Shown here in pieces: positions 1 through 9,812 of a stretch of DNA of 64,000 nucleotides (positions are counted from its first letter, which is position 1; each line of letters starts with the position of its first letter). Both the position numbers and the translations under genes were made by a program. The notes beneath the pieces are model-generated. The model saw only the letters and a program-made list of their open reading frames with translations. It was not told the DNA's origin and ran no database searches. Source of the stretch: a virus; IMG/VR virus record IMGVR_UViG_3300009509_000004, positions 42,759 through 106,758 of that record, one strand, 5' to 3'.

Positions 1-3000
1 CCTGAACCTGCGGTTGTGCTGCCGCCGCTGCCGCTTTTGCCGGCTCTGCGCCTTTTAGAGTTGCTGCAACAGTAGGTACAGCCTTGTCCAGTTGCGCAGC
101 AATTTCGTCACTCTGAATGCCTCCCTCCATCCATTTCTGAAGGGAACCAAGATCAACTCCCAGCTTCCCTGCGAGCGTATCAGCACCAGGGATCTTGCGG
201 ATGAGTTTGATCACCACGCCCATGACTGCCCTCAGCGGCATGGTCAGCGCGTTGAAGATGCCGATGCCGACCCGTTTGAGGCCACCCAGGAAGTCGCCTT
301 GGAACATCTGGATGATGCCGCCAAACACGTCCTGAAACACCCTCTTGATTGTGATGATGGGCGTCTTGAACAGCGGGATCAAGAATGACACGATCTTGCC
401 GATTGTGTTGACCACAAAGCCAACGACCTCGATGAGAGCAATCAACATTGCTGAAATGAAGTTGCCGATGGTCGTGCCGACCTCGACCCAATTGACCTCG
501 ACCGTGCTGCCACCAGACGTGAACTCTGCCACGACATCGTTGATCTCTGCCTTGATTTCTGCCACCACCCCGCTGAACGTCTCAACGATGGTGTTCCAGA
601 CGTTCATGAAGGTGTTTTTGATCTCTGTCCAATTTGCCATCAGGGCATCGCCCGCCGCCTTCAGCGCGGTGAGTGGCCCCTCGATGAATCCCCATACTGT
701 GTCCATCAACCAGACAAACACATCAATGACCATGCCAAAGGCATCAGCAGCGACACTGGCAACCCAGAGAACGCCGTTGGCGATTGCTCCGCCAACTTCA
801 TCCCACTTGATCTCCATGTCGTCCAAGCCCTGGAACCATGACCCAAAGATGGCGTTGAACCTCTCTTTGATTTTGGCAACTGTGGTCTCGATTTTCTGAA
901 CTGCTTGGTCCCAAACCGCCTTCCACTTGTCAATGACCGCCCCGATGCCTTCATCCCACTTCTGCTTGAACCCGTCAATGAACGGTGTCCAAACGTTGTT
1001 GTAGAAGTCCATCACGGCCTGCTTGATGTTGCCCCACACCCTGACCAGGGTGTCGCCAATTGACTCGCCTTCCTTCCTGATGAACAAGAATGCAAGGGCA
1101 ACCGCCCCCGCAACGATGACGATGGGCCAGAACGCCCCTGCGAGCAACGCCAGCCCGCCCTTGATGACCGCAAACGCCCCAAGCGCGATGGTCTTGAATG
1201 CCGCAAACGCCTGAATCAACCCGCTGACCATGAAACCAAAGGTCACAAGGCCAAGAATGATGGGCACCATCGCGCCTGCCACAATCGCAAAGATGGTGGC
1301 ATATTTGGCAATCTTGCGCACGCCGTCCTTGCCAAACTTGTCCTCAAGCGTCTTGCCCAGCTCCTTGACTTTGGCCACAACGCTGTCCCACGCATCCCTG
1401 AGCGTGTCGATGGCATCTTGCAGCCCCAGCGCGATCTGCAGGGCTGTGCTCCCGTGTTCCTCTTCAATCTTCTGCAGTGTCTCCATCTCAAAGATTTGAG
1501 AACGGATCTTGTCAGCATCCCTGGCTCTGGCCGCCTCGACCTCTGACATTGCAGCGATCTCTTGCTCAATCTGCCTGCGCTGCGCCTGGCTCAATTTCTT
1601 GTTGCTGTCCAGCGCCTCTTGCAATACCTGGGTGCGCAACTGCCTCTGAGCGTCAGCCGCCCCCGCCGCGCCGCTGAATGCAAGGTCAATCTGCTGCTTG
1701 GAAGCATCCCGCCTCGCCTTGACCATCTCGTTGATCTGCTGAAGCATCATGTTCTTGCGCTTCTCAGACAGATCGCTGATGGATTTGACTCCAGCCGCTT
1801 CCAAGTGCCGTGTCTTGAGCGCTTCTGCTCGCCTCTTGGTCTCAGCCTCGATGGCAGACTCAACCGCCCTCTTGCGCGCCTCGACCTGCGCTGATGACAA
1901 CTGCTCTTCACCTATCTGCATGCGGGAAATCACCTGAAGTGCTCCCAGCATTGAACTCCTGTATTTGTCCGTGACGCCAGCCGCCTCAAGCCGCTTGCTC
2001 GACTCACGTGCAATGGCCTGAGCGCTCTTGGCGTTCTCCATGTTCTCCTTTTGTCTGATCTCGTTGAGCCCTTCCAGGCTGAACAGCACGCCGTTCAAGC
2101 TGTTGGTCATCTGCTCGATGACTGGCGTGAAGCTCTTGAGCAGCGGTCCAAAAATGCCGATGCTCACCGACTCGACTGATGCCCCAAACAGTGTTAGTCT
2201 GCCCAGGAAGTTGTCAAGCCGCTTGTTGGCCATCTCTGTGGCCGCCCCAACGCCAGCACTGGATGCGACAAGCTCATCTTGCAACTTGTCCATCGACTCC
2301 TTGCCAGCAACTGCCAGAGCGTTGTATGCACGCGCACCCCTGATGCCAAACAGCTCAGTGGCGATGCGCGCCCGCTCCGTGGCGCTTGGGATCTTGGCCA
2401 TCCTCCTGCTGACCTGGTCAACGATGTCGCTCACCTTCCTGAGCGTTCCATCTGCGTTGGTCAGTGACAGCCCCCAATCGTTGATGATCTTCTTGCCCTC
2501 TCGCCCTGGCTTGGATAGCTTCACCATCATGTTGGTGAATGCCGTTCCAGCCAGCGATCCCTTCAGGCCTGCATCCGCCAGCTTGCCAAAGATGGCAGTT
2601 GTTTCCTCAAGGGACATCCCAAGTGATTTGGCCTGGGACACGCCATATTTGAATGATTCTCCAAGCCCTGTGATATTGGTGTTTGACCTCGCTGAAGCAA
2701 GGGCCAGCACGTCTGCGACGTGTGAAGCCTCGCCCCATTCCATGGCCATGCCCTTGACGACCTGGGCAACGATGTCGGATGCTGTCGCCAAGTCGATGGC
2801 GTCAGCCGCCGCTGCATTCATCGTGCCTTGGAGTGCTGCGATGATCTGGTCTGAGTTTGCGCCCGCCCGCCCCAAATACTCCATCGCCTCGCCTGCCTGA
2901 GTAGCACTGAACACGGACACGATGCCCATGCGCTTTGCTTCCTTGGTCAGCTTGGCCATGTCCTCTTCATTGGCTCGCGTGATCGCGCCAACGCCAGACA

Positions 3001-3310
3001 TCTGCTGCTCAAACTTGGCTGCCTTTGCTACGCCAGCCCCTACTGCAGCTGTGAGTGGGAGTGCTCCCAGCGCTGCGTTGCGCAGCCCCGCTCCCATCTG
3101 TTTGACGCCAGCTCCAATCTGCTTGAAGCCAGACATCATCTGGTTTGTGGCTTGTTGTACCGATCTCGCCATGCGCTGCATGGCAGGTGGGGTGCGGTCA
3201 GCAGTCTGGATGAACTGTCCCAAGGCATTGCGCGCACGATTGCTTGCTTGGACAAATTGTTTGTCGTCTGCTGTGAGCGTAGCTCCCAAACCGTATCGCT
3301 CAAGTGCCAT
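1..3310 (-). CDS. Tail tape measure protein (TP901-type), 3' end runs off window
   Basis: Not in the ORF track because no stop lies in the window. Manual translation from ATG 3310 gives MALERYGLGATL...KFEQQMSGVGAITRANEEDMAKLTKEAKRMG...FSATQAGEAMEYLGRAG...LGESFKY...LADAGLKGSLAGTAF. Follows tube and chaperone genes. Confidence 0.92.
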   Translation of the reverse strand, partial: MALERYGLGATLTADDKQFVQASNRARNALGQFIQTADRTPPAMQRMARSVQQATNQMMSGFKQIGAGVKQMGAGLRNAALGALPLTAAVGAGVAKAAKFEQQMSGVGAITRANEEDMAKLTKEAKRMGIVSVFSATQAGEAMEYLGRAGANSDQIIAALQGTMNAAAADAIDLATASDIVAQVVKGMAMEWGEASHVADVLALASARSNTNITGLGESFKYGVSQAKSLGMSLEETTAIFGKLADAGLKGSLAGTAFTNMMVKLSKPGREGKKIINDWGLSLTNADGTLRKVSDIVDQVSRRMAKIPSATERARIATELFGIRGARAYNALAVAGKESMDKLQDELVASSAGVGAATEMANKRLDNFLGRLTLFGASVESVSIGIFGPLLKSFTPVIEQMTNSLNGVLFSLEGLNEIRQKENMENAKSAQAIARESSKRLEAAGVTDKYRSSMLGALQVISRMQIGEEQLSSAQVEARKRAVESAIEAETKRRAEALKTRHLEAAGVKSISDLSEKRKNMMLQQINEMVKARRDASKQQIDLAFSGAAGAADAQRQLRTQVLQEALDSNKKLSQAQRRQIEQEIAAMSEVEAARARDADKIRSQIFEMETLQKIEEEHGSTALQIALGLQDAIDTLRDAWDSVVAKVKELGKTLEDKFGKDGVRKIAKYATIFAIVAGAMVPIILGLVTFGFMVSGLIQAFAAFKTIALGAFAVIKGGLALLAGAFWPIVIVAGAVALAFLFIRKEGESIGDTLVRVWGNIKQAVMDFYNNVWTPFIDGFKQKWDEGIGAVIDKWKAVWDQAVQKIETTVAKIKERFNAIFGSWFQGLDDMEIKWDEVGGAIANGVLWVASVAADAFGMVIDVFVWLMDTVWGFIEGPLTALKAAGDALMANWTEIKNTFMNVWNTIVETFSGVVAEIKAEINDVVAEFTSGGSTVEVNWVEVGTTIGNFISAMLIALIEVVGFVVNTIGKIVSFLIPLFKTPIITIKRVFQDVFGGIIQMFQGDFLGGLKRVGIGIFNALTMPLRAVMGVVIKLIRKIPGADTLAGKLGVDLGSLQKWMEGGIQSDEIAAQLDKAVPTVAATLKGAEPAKAAAAAAQPQVQ

Positions 3311-3313
3311 GAG

Positions 3314-3529
3314 CTAATGCCTCCTGGGCTTTTTCACCCTTGAGCCTCGCTTCATTTGCTCGGCTTCCTTCTTGAGCTGCTTGTGTAACCGTCTCAAATA
3401 CCACTCACGGTCAACACTCAGCATACGCTCAACGTCACCGTATGTCATCCCCTCCATGCAATAGGTTAGCGCAAACACCTCTTCCCGCAAATCATCCGTT
3501 GACCTTAGCGGGAAGAATCGCCGAAAAAA
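3314..3529 (-). CDS. Tail assembly chaperone -1 frameshift extension (GT-like)
   Basis: Slippery T TTT TTC at 3529-3523. The -1 frame stays open to TAG 3316-3314: RRFFPLRSTDDLREEVFALTYCMEGMTYGDVERMLSVDREWYLRRLHKQLKKE... Confidence 0.75.
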   Translation of the reverse strand, partial: FFRRFFPLRSTDDLREEVFALTYCMEGMTYGDVERMLSVDREWYLRRLHKQLKKEAEQMKRGSRVKKPRRH

Positions 3530-4407
3530 TTGTCATATCCCCAGTCAATTGCCAGCTTGTACTGGTATCGACAGCGTTGACAATTCCCTTCGACAGACAT
3601 GTTGGGGCCAATCGCGTGTTCATCAACCCGATTGGTGATCGCCTCGATGTCTCGTTTGCCCATCTCATCCAACTCAGACTCGGCAAGGGCAACCTGCTGT
3701 GGTTTCCCTTCCTTGTCCTTCCAGTTGGCGATCCCGTGAATGGAACCAAGGATGACGCTTGCCTTTGCTGCTCCTGTGTTCAGACCTCCAACGCCCTGCA
3801 TGTTTTCCAATGAAGTCCAACGTGCTGGGCCCATGAGCAGGTCTGTCACCTCTTTTCCCCTGATGCTGAATGGCTCCCTGAGCTTATACTCCCACAGGGA
3901 ATCGCCCAACTTCTCACAGACGTCAACCTCAACGGTTTCCAAGTCTGCTGTGAACGGGAATTTGAAGCCACAGTTTGGGCACCTCAAGTTGAGGTGCAGC
4001 TCGTTGCCCAAGGCCTGCATGCGCAACCAGACATAGGCATAGAACACATCACCCATGAACATCTGTGAGATGTGGATGCGCCTTTCCTCTGGCTTCATGC
4101 CCTCAAATTTGTGTTGCCCGACCTGGGTGCACATCGTGGCCAGAACCATGCCAACAAACTGCGCAACGTTGGCATCTCGGTTCTTGTCCCTCAGATCGCC
4201 CAACTCGCGTTCTTCAGCCATGCGCCATCGCCTCACAGCGATGTCCTTGGCATAGCTGCCGTCAGTTGTGACAAGACCAAGGGGCAGCCTTGGCCCCTGC
4301 TCTTTGAGCACAACTCGCTTCAGATGGGCAACGCCCTTGTCGGAAACAGAATTGGCCGTTTCATCGGCCTGTGGATCCACACCTTGCGGTGTTTCTGGCT
4401 GGATCAC
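3505..4407 (-). CDS. Tail assembly chaperone / baseplate-hub assembly protein with two CxxC-containing repeats
   Basis: Lies between tube and TMP; CPNC and CQRC motifs; DNFF slippery end. Confidence 0.75.
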   Translation of the reverse strand: MIQPETPQGVDPQADETANSVSDKGVAHLKRVVLKEQGPRLPLGLVTTDGSYAKDIAVRRWRMAEERELGDLRDKNRDANVAQFVGMVLATMCTQVGQHKFEGMKPEERRIHISQMFMGDVFYAYVWLRMQALGNELHLNLRCPNCGFKFPFTADLETVEVDVCEKLGDSLWEYKLREPFSIRGKEVTDLLMGPARWTSLENMQGVGGLNTGAAKASVILGSIHGIANWKDKEGKPQQVALAESELDEMGKRDIEAITNRVDEHAIGPNMSVEGNCQRCRYQYKLAIDWGYDNFFGDSSR

Positions 4408-4477
4408 GGTTCACCTCCAATCAGCAGTGCCCTTGTTAGGCCCAACCGTGGTATGTGTTATGAATCTTGTCGTCTGT

Positions 4478-4915
4478 TTAGATCGGCAAGATGTCGTCCA
4501 CGCTCAAAGTCCATTCAACCAGCGCCAGCTCGCCCTCGTTTTCCATCTCACGGTCAGGCATGACCCGCTTGGTGGGGAACACGCCAACCAGTGACTTGGT
4601 CACGGTGGTGTTGCCGCTGATCGATTGGCTGATCATGCTGCCGACCTTCTTGTAGGTGGGCAAAACAGGGTCTTGTGACTCCCTGTACCACGCCTCCATT
4701 GCGGCCTGCTCCACAAGGTGGTGCTCTGGGAGCATGATCGTGAATTCACTTGGCCCTCGATTGCCGCCAGAGACACGAGTGCGGTCAGGCATCTCTGCCG
4801 TCTGCAACTCATCCTCAAGCCCGCTCACCTCGGTTGGGGTGAGTGGGGGCAATCCAAGGATCAACAGTTGGTACTTGTTGACCGGAATGTGGTCAGCCTG
4901 GATGGCACCTTTCAT
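4478..4915 (-). CDS. Tail tube protein (T4 gp19-like)
   Basis: 145 aa directly after sheath; EVSGLE..E, WY, FPTK and final beta-strand pattern. Confidence 0.8.
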   Translation of the reverse strand: MKGAIQADHIPVNKYQLLILGLPPLTPTEVSGLEDELQTAEMPDRTRVSGGNRGPSEFTIMLPEHHLVEQAAMEAWYRESQDPVLPTYKKVGSMISQSISGNTTVTKSLVGVFPTKRVMPDREMENEGELALVEWTLSVDDILPI

Positions 4916-4967
4916 GTCATCAACCTCCTTGGGTCAAAGAATCCGCTTGTTGCGGCCTTCCCAGTTG

Positions 4968-5177
4968 CTATTCGACCTCAACCCCAGCGACCACATCCGT
5001 GGCCGCAGTCGGTGTCGTGGCCGCGTCATAATCCGCCTTGAGTTGATTGAACTGCGCCACCAGATCGCCCTGCGTTTCGACAAGCCCCTTCAGGACATCG
5101 TACAGGACGTCAAACCCATGGGATTCATCGAGGCCAGCGCCAGCCTCGCCCATCAATCTCTTCAACTTGACTGCCAT
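4968..5177 (-). CDS. Small hypothetical virion-region protein
   Basis: 69 aa with GGAGG RBS, between sheath and tube. Confidence 0.6.
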   Translation of the reverse strand: MAVKLKRLMGEAGAGLDESHGFDVLYDVLKGLVETQGDLVAQFNQLKADYDAATTPTAATDVVAGVEVE

Positions 5178-5241
5178 AATTGCCTCCGTTTATGGTGAGT
5201 AGGGCCAGGCCCAAACTTGCTCACACGTTCTTTGGCACCCC

Positions 5242-7521
5242 TTAGCCTACAGACTCAAAGATGCCCTGCTTGCCGATGCGGATGATGAACCGCTCAACCG
5301 TGTCTGCGAGTCTGAGCTTGATCTCTGAGATCATGTCGCCGTTGGCCCGCGTTGCGTCGGTGTTCAATTCCTCATCCAACTTGATGATGCACGCTTCCTC
5401 AAACTTGGCACCTCTCAGCGCCCGCTTGGTGAACTCCGGCAAGAAGAATGACTTGAGAGCTGACAGCGCCAGCTTCTCAGTGACTGGATCGTTGATTGCG
5501 AACACAATCCAGTCAAAGCTCTCTTGGAGCACGTGCTCATAGTAGGACATCTGCTCACGCTGATGCTTCCACTTCCATGTGGGGTCTGTGTTGACCGTGC
5601 GGTCACCCCAGATGATGAAGTTGCCCTTGAGCTTCTTGATCACAGCGATGCCCGCTGGATTGAGCACTTCCTCGTTGAGCAAGGCATCCTTTGTCGGGAT
5701 GTCGAGCAACTTGGGCAACTTGGCATCTAGGCCAGCTTCAGCCTTGTGATAGCCATCATAGTCAGCTGCGATGCGCGCCTCTCGCCCATGGATCATGCCG
5801 GTGACCGGCACCAGCTTGGTCTTGCCCTCGCTGCTGAACGGATCGGGCACCTCACCGTAGCTGGGGAATGCCACGACAGCATAGTCAGACCGACCCAGCG
5901 TGTCATTGACCTGCGTCAATGCGCCATCCTCGGTGACCACGTTGTCAGGGATCTCGTATCTGAACTGGTGATTCTTGGCATCCGCAAATGCCACACCAGC
6001 TTTCTGGACTGCGGTGGAAGTGATGCCTGGGCACGCATACTTGATCAGGCCCATGTTCTTGCCGATGACTCGGTTGAATGGGCTGAGACCAACATCCCAC
6101 GCTTGCTGGATGTAGTCTGCATCGACCAAATCTGAAATGCCGTCCCTGCCGCCTTCCATCTCCAGCGGTGCCTCGACCATGAACTCATCTGCCGGTGCGC
6201 CGTCCACGGTGAGGTCAGAACCGTCTGCGACCGTGATGCTGTCATGGTCGTTGTCAACGATTCTGAATTTGGTGTTCTTGGCGTTGGGCTTGTCGGGGTA
6301 CAGATAACCGCCAATGAGCGCGTCAGGGGTGAATGGCTTGTAGTTGATGACCAGAGTGTCGCCCGCCGCAACCGCTGTGATGCCTGCGGTCACTGTGAAC
6401 TCAGGAGTCCACTTGTTGTTGGGGACAAATGCTACACCCAAAGTCACCGTGCCCAAAGCCCCAAACTTGTCACTCACAGCCGCGCCGCTCGTGGCATCGG
6501 CCATGGTGATGGTGATCTTCTGGGCCACCATATCATCGTCTGTGACGTCCAGCGCAAACGTGGGATCGCCCCCGCCAGCGCTGTTGACGGTGAAGTCATG
6601 GATGACTGCTGTGAGCACCGTTGCCGTCACGGTGTCGATGAGGCCCCAATGGTTGGCTGGCCGCACTGCTGCGGTGTGAGCGCCCGTCCAAAGATCGGTT
6701 GCCCAAATCTCATCGTTGCCGCCGTCCTTGTTGATGACATCCACCCAATAGCGTGGGTCATTCGGATCGGTGGCCAGATTGGCATACTTCTTGACAAAGT
6801 CGCCATCCACGTACACGCTGATGCTGAACTCGCTGTCAGCCTTTTCCTCGCCGTCACCGATGAGGATGCTCAGCGCCTTGCCCTCGTTTTCCAGCACGAG
6901 GTAATAGCGCAAGCTGCTGCCAGACAGCGCGTTGTAGTCATCGAGCATCGTTTGATCAGCTGCAACCGTGACGATGCCAGCATCGTCGTTGCCAACGATG
7001 GGATAGCGCTTGTTGGGTACATCTTCAAGCTCAACCCAACCGCCCTTCCACTCATCTGTCTTCATAGCCAGACCAGTGTCCAGGGTGATGTTGGTGAGAT
7101 CGCCGATTGCACTCATGTCATCTGTGAGCCGATTGAGCTTGCCGCCCCAGCGCCCGCCATTCTTGGCTTTCAACGTGCCCATCGGCGTGAGCAGCGAGCC
7201 ATAGCGCGCATACAGAGTCATCCCAGCGGCAAGCTCGTTGCCGTCTGTGACCCTGATGAGCATGAGACCACCAGCCCCGTTTGCCAGGTCATAGTAGTCA
7301 AAAGCGCAGTCAGGAAGCAAGGAATCAGGGATGATTCCACCACACTTCTTCTGGAACTGCTTTTTGTTTTGTGCGAAAATGAGCTCACCGACTGGGCCCT
7401 TTTCCATGACCCCAGCATAAGCCGCCCAACCAAGGGCACCTGGCTCAATGCCTTTTTCGCCTTCAAGCTCGATGATGGTGACGCCCGCGCCTCTTGTCGG
7501 GCCAAACCGCCGTTGTGCCAT
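5242..7521 (-). CDS. Contractile tail sheath protein
   Basis: 759 aa; N-terminal GVTIIE...KGPVGE; C-terminal IWGDRT...WIVFAIND...ERFIIRI. Confidence 0.92.
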   Translation of the reverse strand: MAQRRFGPTRGAGVTIIELEGEKGIEPGALGWAAYAGVMEKGPVGELIFAQNKKQFQKKCGGIIPDSLLPDCAFDYYDLANGAGGLMLIRVTDGNELAAGMTLYARYGSLLTPMGTLKAKNGGRWGGKLNRLTDDMSAIGDLTNITLDTGLAMKTDEWKGGWVELEDVPNKRYPIVGNDDAGIVTVAADQTMLDDYNALSGSSLRYYLVLENEGKALSILIGDGEEKADSEFSISVYVDGDFVKKYANLATDPNDPRYWVDVINKDGGNDEIWATDLWTGAHTAAVRPANHWGLIDTVTATVLTAVIHDFTVNSAGGGDPTFALDVTDDDMVAQKITITMADATSGAAVSDKFGALGTVTLGVAFVPNNKWTPEFTVTAGITAVAAGDTLVINYKPFTPDALIGGYLYPDKPNAKNTKFRIVDNDHDSITVADGSDLTVDGAPADEFMVEAPLEMEGGRDGISDLVDADYIQQAWDVGLSPFNRVIGKNMGLIKYACPGITSTAVQKAGVAFADAKNHQFRYEIPDNVVTEDGALTQVNDTLGRSDYAVVAFPSYGEVPDPFSSEGKTKLVPVTGMIHGREARIAADYDGYHKAEAGLDAKLPKLLDIPTKDALLNEEVLNPAGIAVIKKLKGNFIIWGDRTVNTDPTWKWKHQREQMSYYEHVLQESFDWIVFAINDPVTEKLALSALKSFFLPEFTKRALRGAKFEEACIIKLDEELNTDATRANGDMISEIKLRLADTVERFIIRIGKQGIFESVG

Positions 7522-7531
7522 GAGTGTCCTC

Positions 7532-8776
7532 CTAACTAATAACAGCGTTCATGTCGCCCGTCAAGTTCATTCTCTCAACGGCAAACACGTCTTCAGCTTC
7601 ACGTTCAAAGAATAACGCCTTGACGAGCAAAAAGCGAAGTCTCCCAGCATGTACTTCAGCGATATTGGCTTCAGTTTGGCCGTTGTATTCCTCAATCAGC
7701 CAAAGTCTGAACATTTCGTCAAGACCTTTTGATGTTATTGTTGGGTTATTTCTGAAAAACCGTTTCAGCTCGTCAGCCAATCTTACTTGGTCCCTTGCGC
7801 TGTCAGTTAGGCCATTGAGCACGACCTCGATGTCAGCTTGAAGTGGGCCTGGAACTTTGACTGCGCTCCTGTTAGACTTGTTGATCACCCAGTCATCTTG
7901 CCCACTTTCTGCAGAGTTGATTAGGTTGACATCTGTGAGAATCAAAGCTGGCACTTTGGCCACCTCGTGATACTCCTGGCCGGTGGTAACTGCCACCTCT
8001 GGTTCCCATATGAAGCGCACCCAAAGCAACTTCCCAGCAGCAATTGATGTGCTTAGTGTGATGATTTGGGTGTTTTGGTCATATGATTGATACAAGTCTG
8101 TGAAATGGTCAGGATCGTCCGTGTGATTGAAGCATGCATCAATCCCAACAACGTTGTATGGCGTTTCCAGCTTGTAATCATTCTTCAAGTCAATCGTAGC
8201 TGATGCGACATTGATCTTGATCGGGAAGTCTGAGATGGGTCTGACCTGCTCTCTCAGCTGCCTGACGATGGTCCTGTACACATAATCCTCTTGGTGTTCA
8301 ACGCTGGATGAATACAACACCTTGACAGCGCTGATCTCTGGCGTGACACCTCCGTCAGTCGTGTACGGGTTGAGGATCACCTGCAGCTTCTTGCTGGTGG
8401 CTGGGAAGTCTGCGATGTGATTGGCAACATCCGCCTCGCTGTTCCAATCCGACACATTGACCACCCAATCCGCGCCATCCCACCAATATTCATTTGTGCC
8501 GTCTGACAGCCTGAACTTGACTCCAGTCAGGTCTTGCCCAAGATCGTCCTTTGCGTTGACGACCTCGCACTCAAACCCAAGCCATTGTCGCACGCTGTCT
8601 GGGATGGTCACCCACGTCTTTGCATACAGGTCTGTGTCAAGTGGGTATCCGCCGCCGCCCTCTTTCAACTGAATCTTGTGCGTCTCTGGATTCAACCGCA
8701 CATCTGCGCCCAGCTCGATCCTGTAACGGTTGTCGTTGCTGAAGTTGAATCGCTTGATTAGCCTCTTGAGTCTCAT
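7532..8776 (-). CDS. Tail completion/terminator-like protein with N-terminal extension
   Basis: 414 aa immediately upstream of sheath; synteny. Confidence 0.5.
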   Translation of the reverse strand: MRLKRLIKRFNFSNDNRYRIELGADVRLNPETHKIQLKEGGGGYPLDTDLYAKTWVTIPDSVRQWLGFECEVVNAKDDLGQDLTGVKFRLSDGTNEYWWDGADWVVNVSDWNSEADVANHIADFPATSKKLQVILNPYTTDGGVTPEISAVKVLYSSSVEHQEDYVYRTIVRQLREQVRPISDFPIKINVASATIDLKNDYKLETPYNVVGIDACFNHTDDPDHFTDLYQSYDQNTQIITLSTSIAAGKLLWVRFIWEPEVAVTTGQEYHEVAKVPALILTDVNLINSAESGQDDWVINKSNRSAVKVPGPLQADIEVVLNGLTDSARDQVRLADELKRFFRNNPTITSKGLDEMFRLWLIEEYNGQTEANIAEVHAGRLRFLLVKALFFEREAEDVFAVERMNLTGDMNAVIS

Positions 8777-9402
8777 TGCGATGACAACTCCTTCATGGCC
8801 GCAGCCATCGCTTGGTCCCAGAACTTCCTTGCCATGGACTGCATCTCGCCTTTATTCCATGCTTGCCTGATGAATGGCCTGCCTGGGATGATGATTGCCT
8901 TTGTGCTTTCTTTCAGTGGACGCCAACCGCCTGGCATTTTGTCCCACAGCTCTTGCGCACGCTCGCTGAGGGCAATGGTTGGGTCCATCTCTTTGCGCCA
9001 TAGCACATAGAACATGCCACGCATCTTTGCCGTGACCCCGATGACTGTGCCCTCGTGGAGCATGACTGCCAAGTCATATTCCTTGTGCTTCTGCAGGATG
9101 CCCACAAACACTGTGATGTCGTCAATGACCTTGGATGTGATCGCCTTGAACAGAGGTGAGCCTGGCCTGTCGCCGATCAATGGTTCATTCTTGCCGCCCT
9201 TCAGGGCAACAGTGAGGGGTGCGTTTGGCTCAAAACTGCCTGACGCGATCTCCTGCCTGATCAGTGCCTCGCCCTTTTTGCCAATGAACTGGGACGCCCG
9301 CCTCAGATGCTTGCGCAACGTTGGTCGTACAACACCTGGCCCAAGCTGCTTCTCAAGCCGCTTCCAGCGCTTGTCCAGCTTGAATTTGGCTGCCCCTGGC
9401 AT
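8773..9402 (-). CDS. Neck/tail completion protein (virion morphogenesis family)
   Basis: Basic 209 aa; PNAPLTVALK, LHEGT, IPGRPFI motifs. Confidence 0.7.
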   Translation of the reverse strand: MPGAAKFKLDKRWKRLEKQLGPGVVRPTLRKHLRRASQFIGKKGEALIRQEIASGSFEPNAPLTVALKGGKNEPLIGDRPGSPLFKAITSKVIDDITVFVGILQKHKEYDLAVMLHEGTVIGVTAKMRGMFYVLWRKEMDPTIALSERAQELWDKMPGGWRPLKESTKAIIIPGRPFIRQAWNKGEMQSMARKFWDQAMAAAMKELSSQ

Positions 9403-9803
9403 CAGTCTTCAACCCCTCTCGATGGCGCTCTGTCTGTGAAATATGCCTTGACCAATGATGCGCCGTTTTGGTCAGGGTAGTGCCCAATTGGTTTCAAGGC
9501 AATGATGTAGACATCCGTGTCAAGGTGCCCCATCTTGATGAACCTGTCCTGCCTCTTGAGCGTGATCCCTTGGGCATTCAAGTCGATGTATCTGAACAAC
9601 ACATATCCAGACGCATCCTGCTCGACACCGCCCTTGGTGCTTGATGCTTCTTGCAAATCCCAATTGGGCTGCCCCTTCACCACCTTGGTCTCGACTCTGG
9701 CAGCCTGTTGGACAGGCTCCCTGAAGTCGTCATCATAGATGGTCTCACCCTCGCTCCATTGCTCGATTGTGATGTTGATCGGGTGGATGAGATTGGGCAA
9801 CAT
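9402..9803 (-). CDS. Head closure/stopper protein
   Basis: 133 aa beta-rich; YDDDFREP; synteny in neck module. Confidence 0.6.
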   Translation of the reverse strand: MLPNLIHPINITIEQWSEGETIYDDDFREPVQQAARVETKVVKGQPNWDLQEASSTKGGVEQDASGYVLFRYIDLNAQGITLKRQDRFIKMGHLDTDVYIIALKPIGHYPDQNGASLVKAYFTDRAPSRGVED

Positions 9804-9812
9804 GCGCGCCTC

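Noticed and set aside
92-3343. Long plus-strand ORFs here and elsewhere (e.g. 6244-7539, 19427-20716)
   Set aside because: Antisense shadows of well-supported minus-strand genes (TMP, sheath, MCP).
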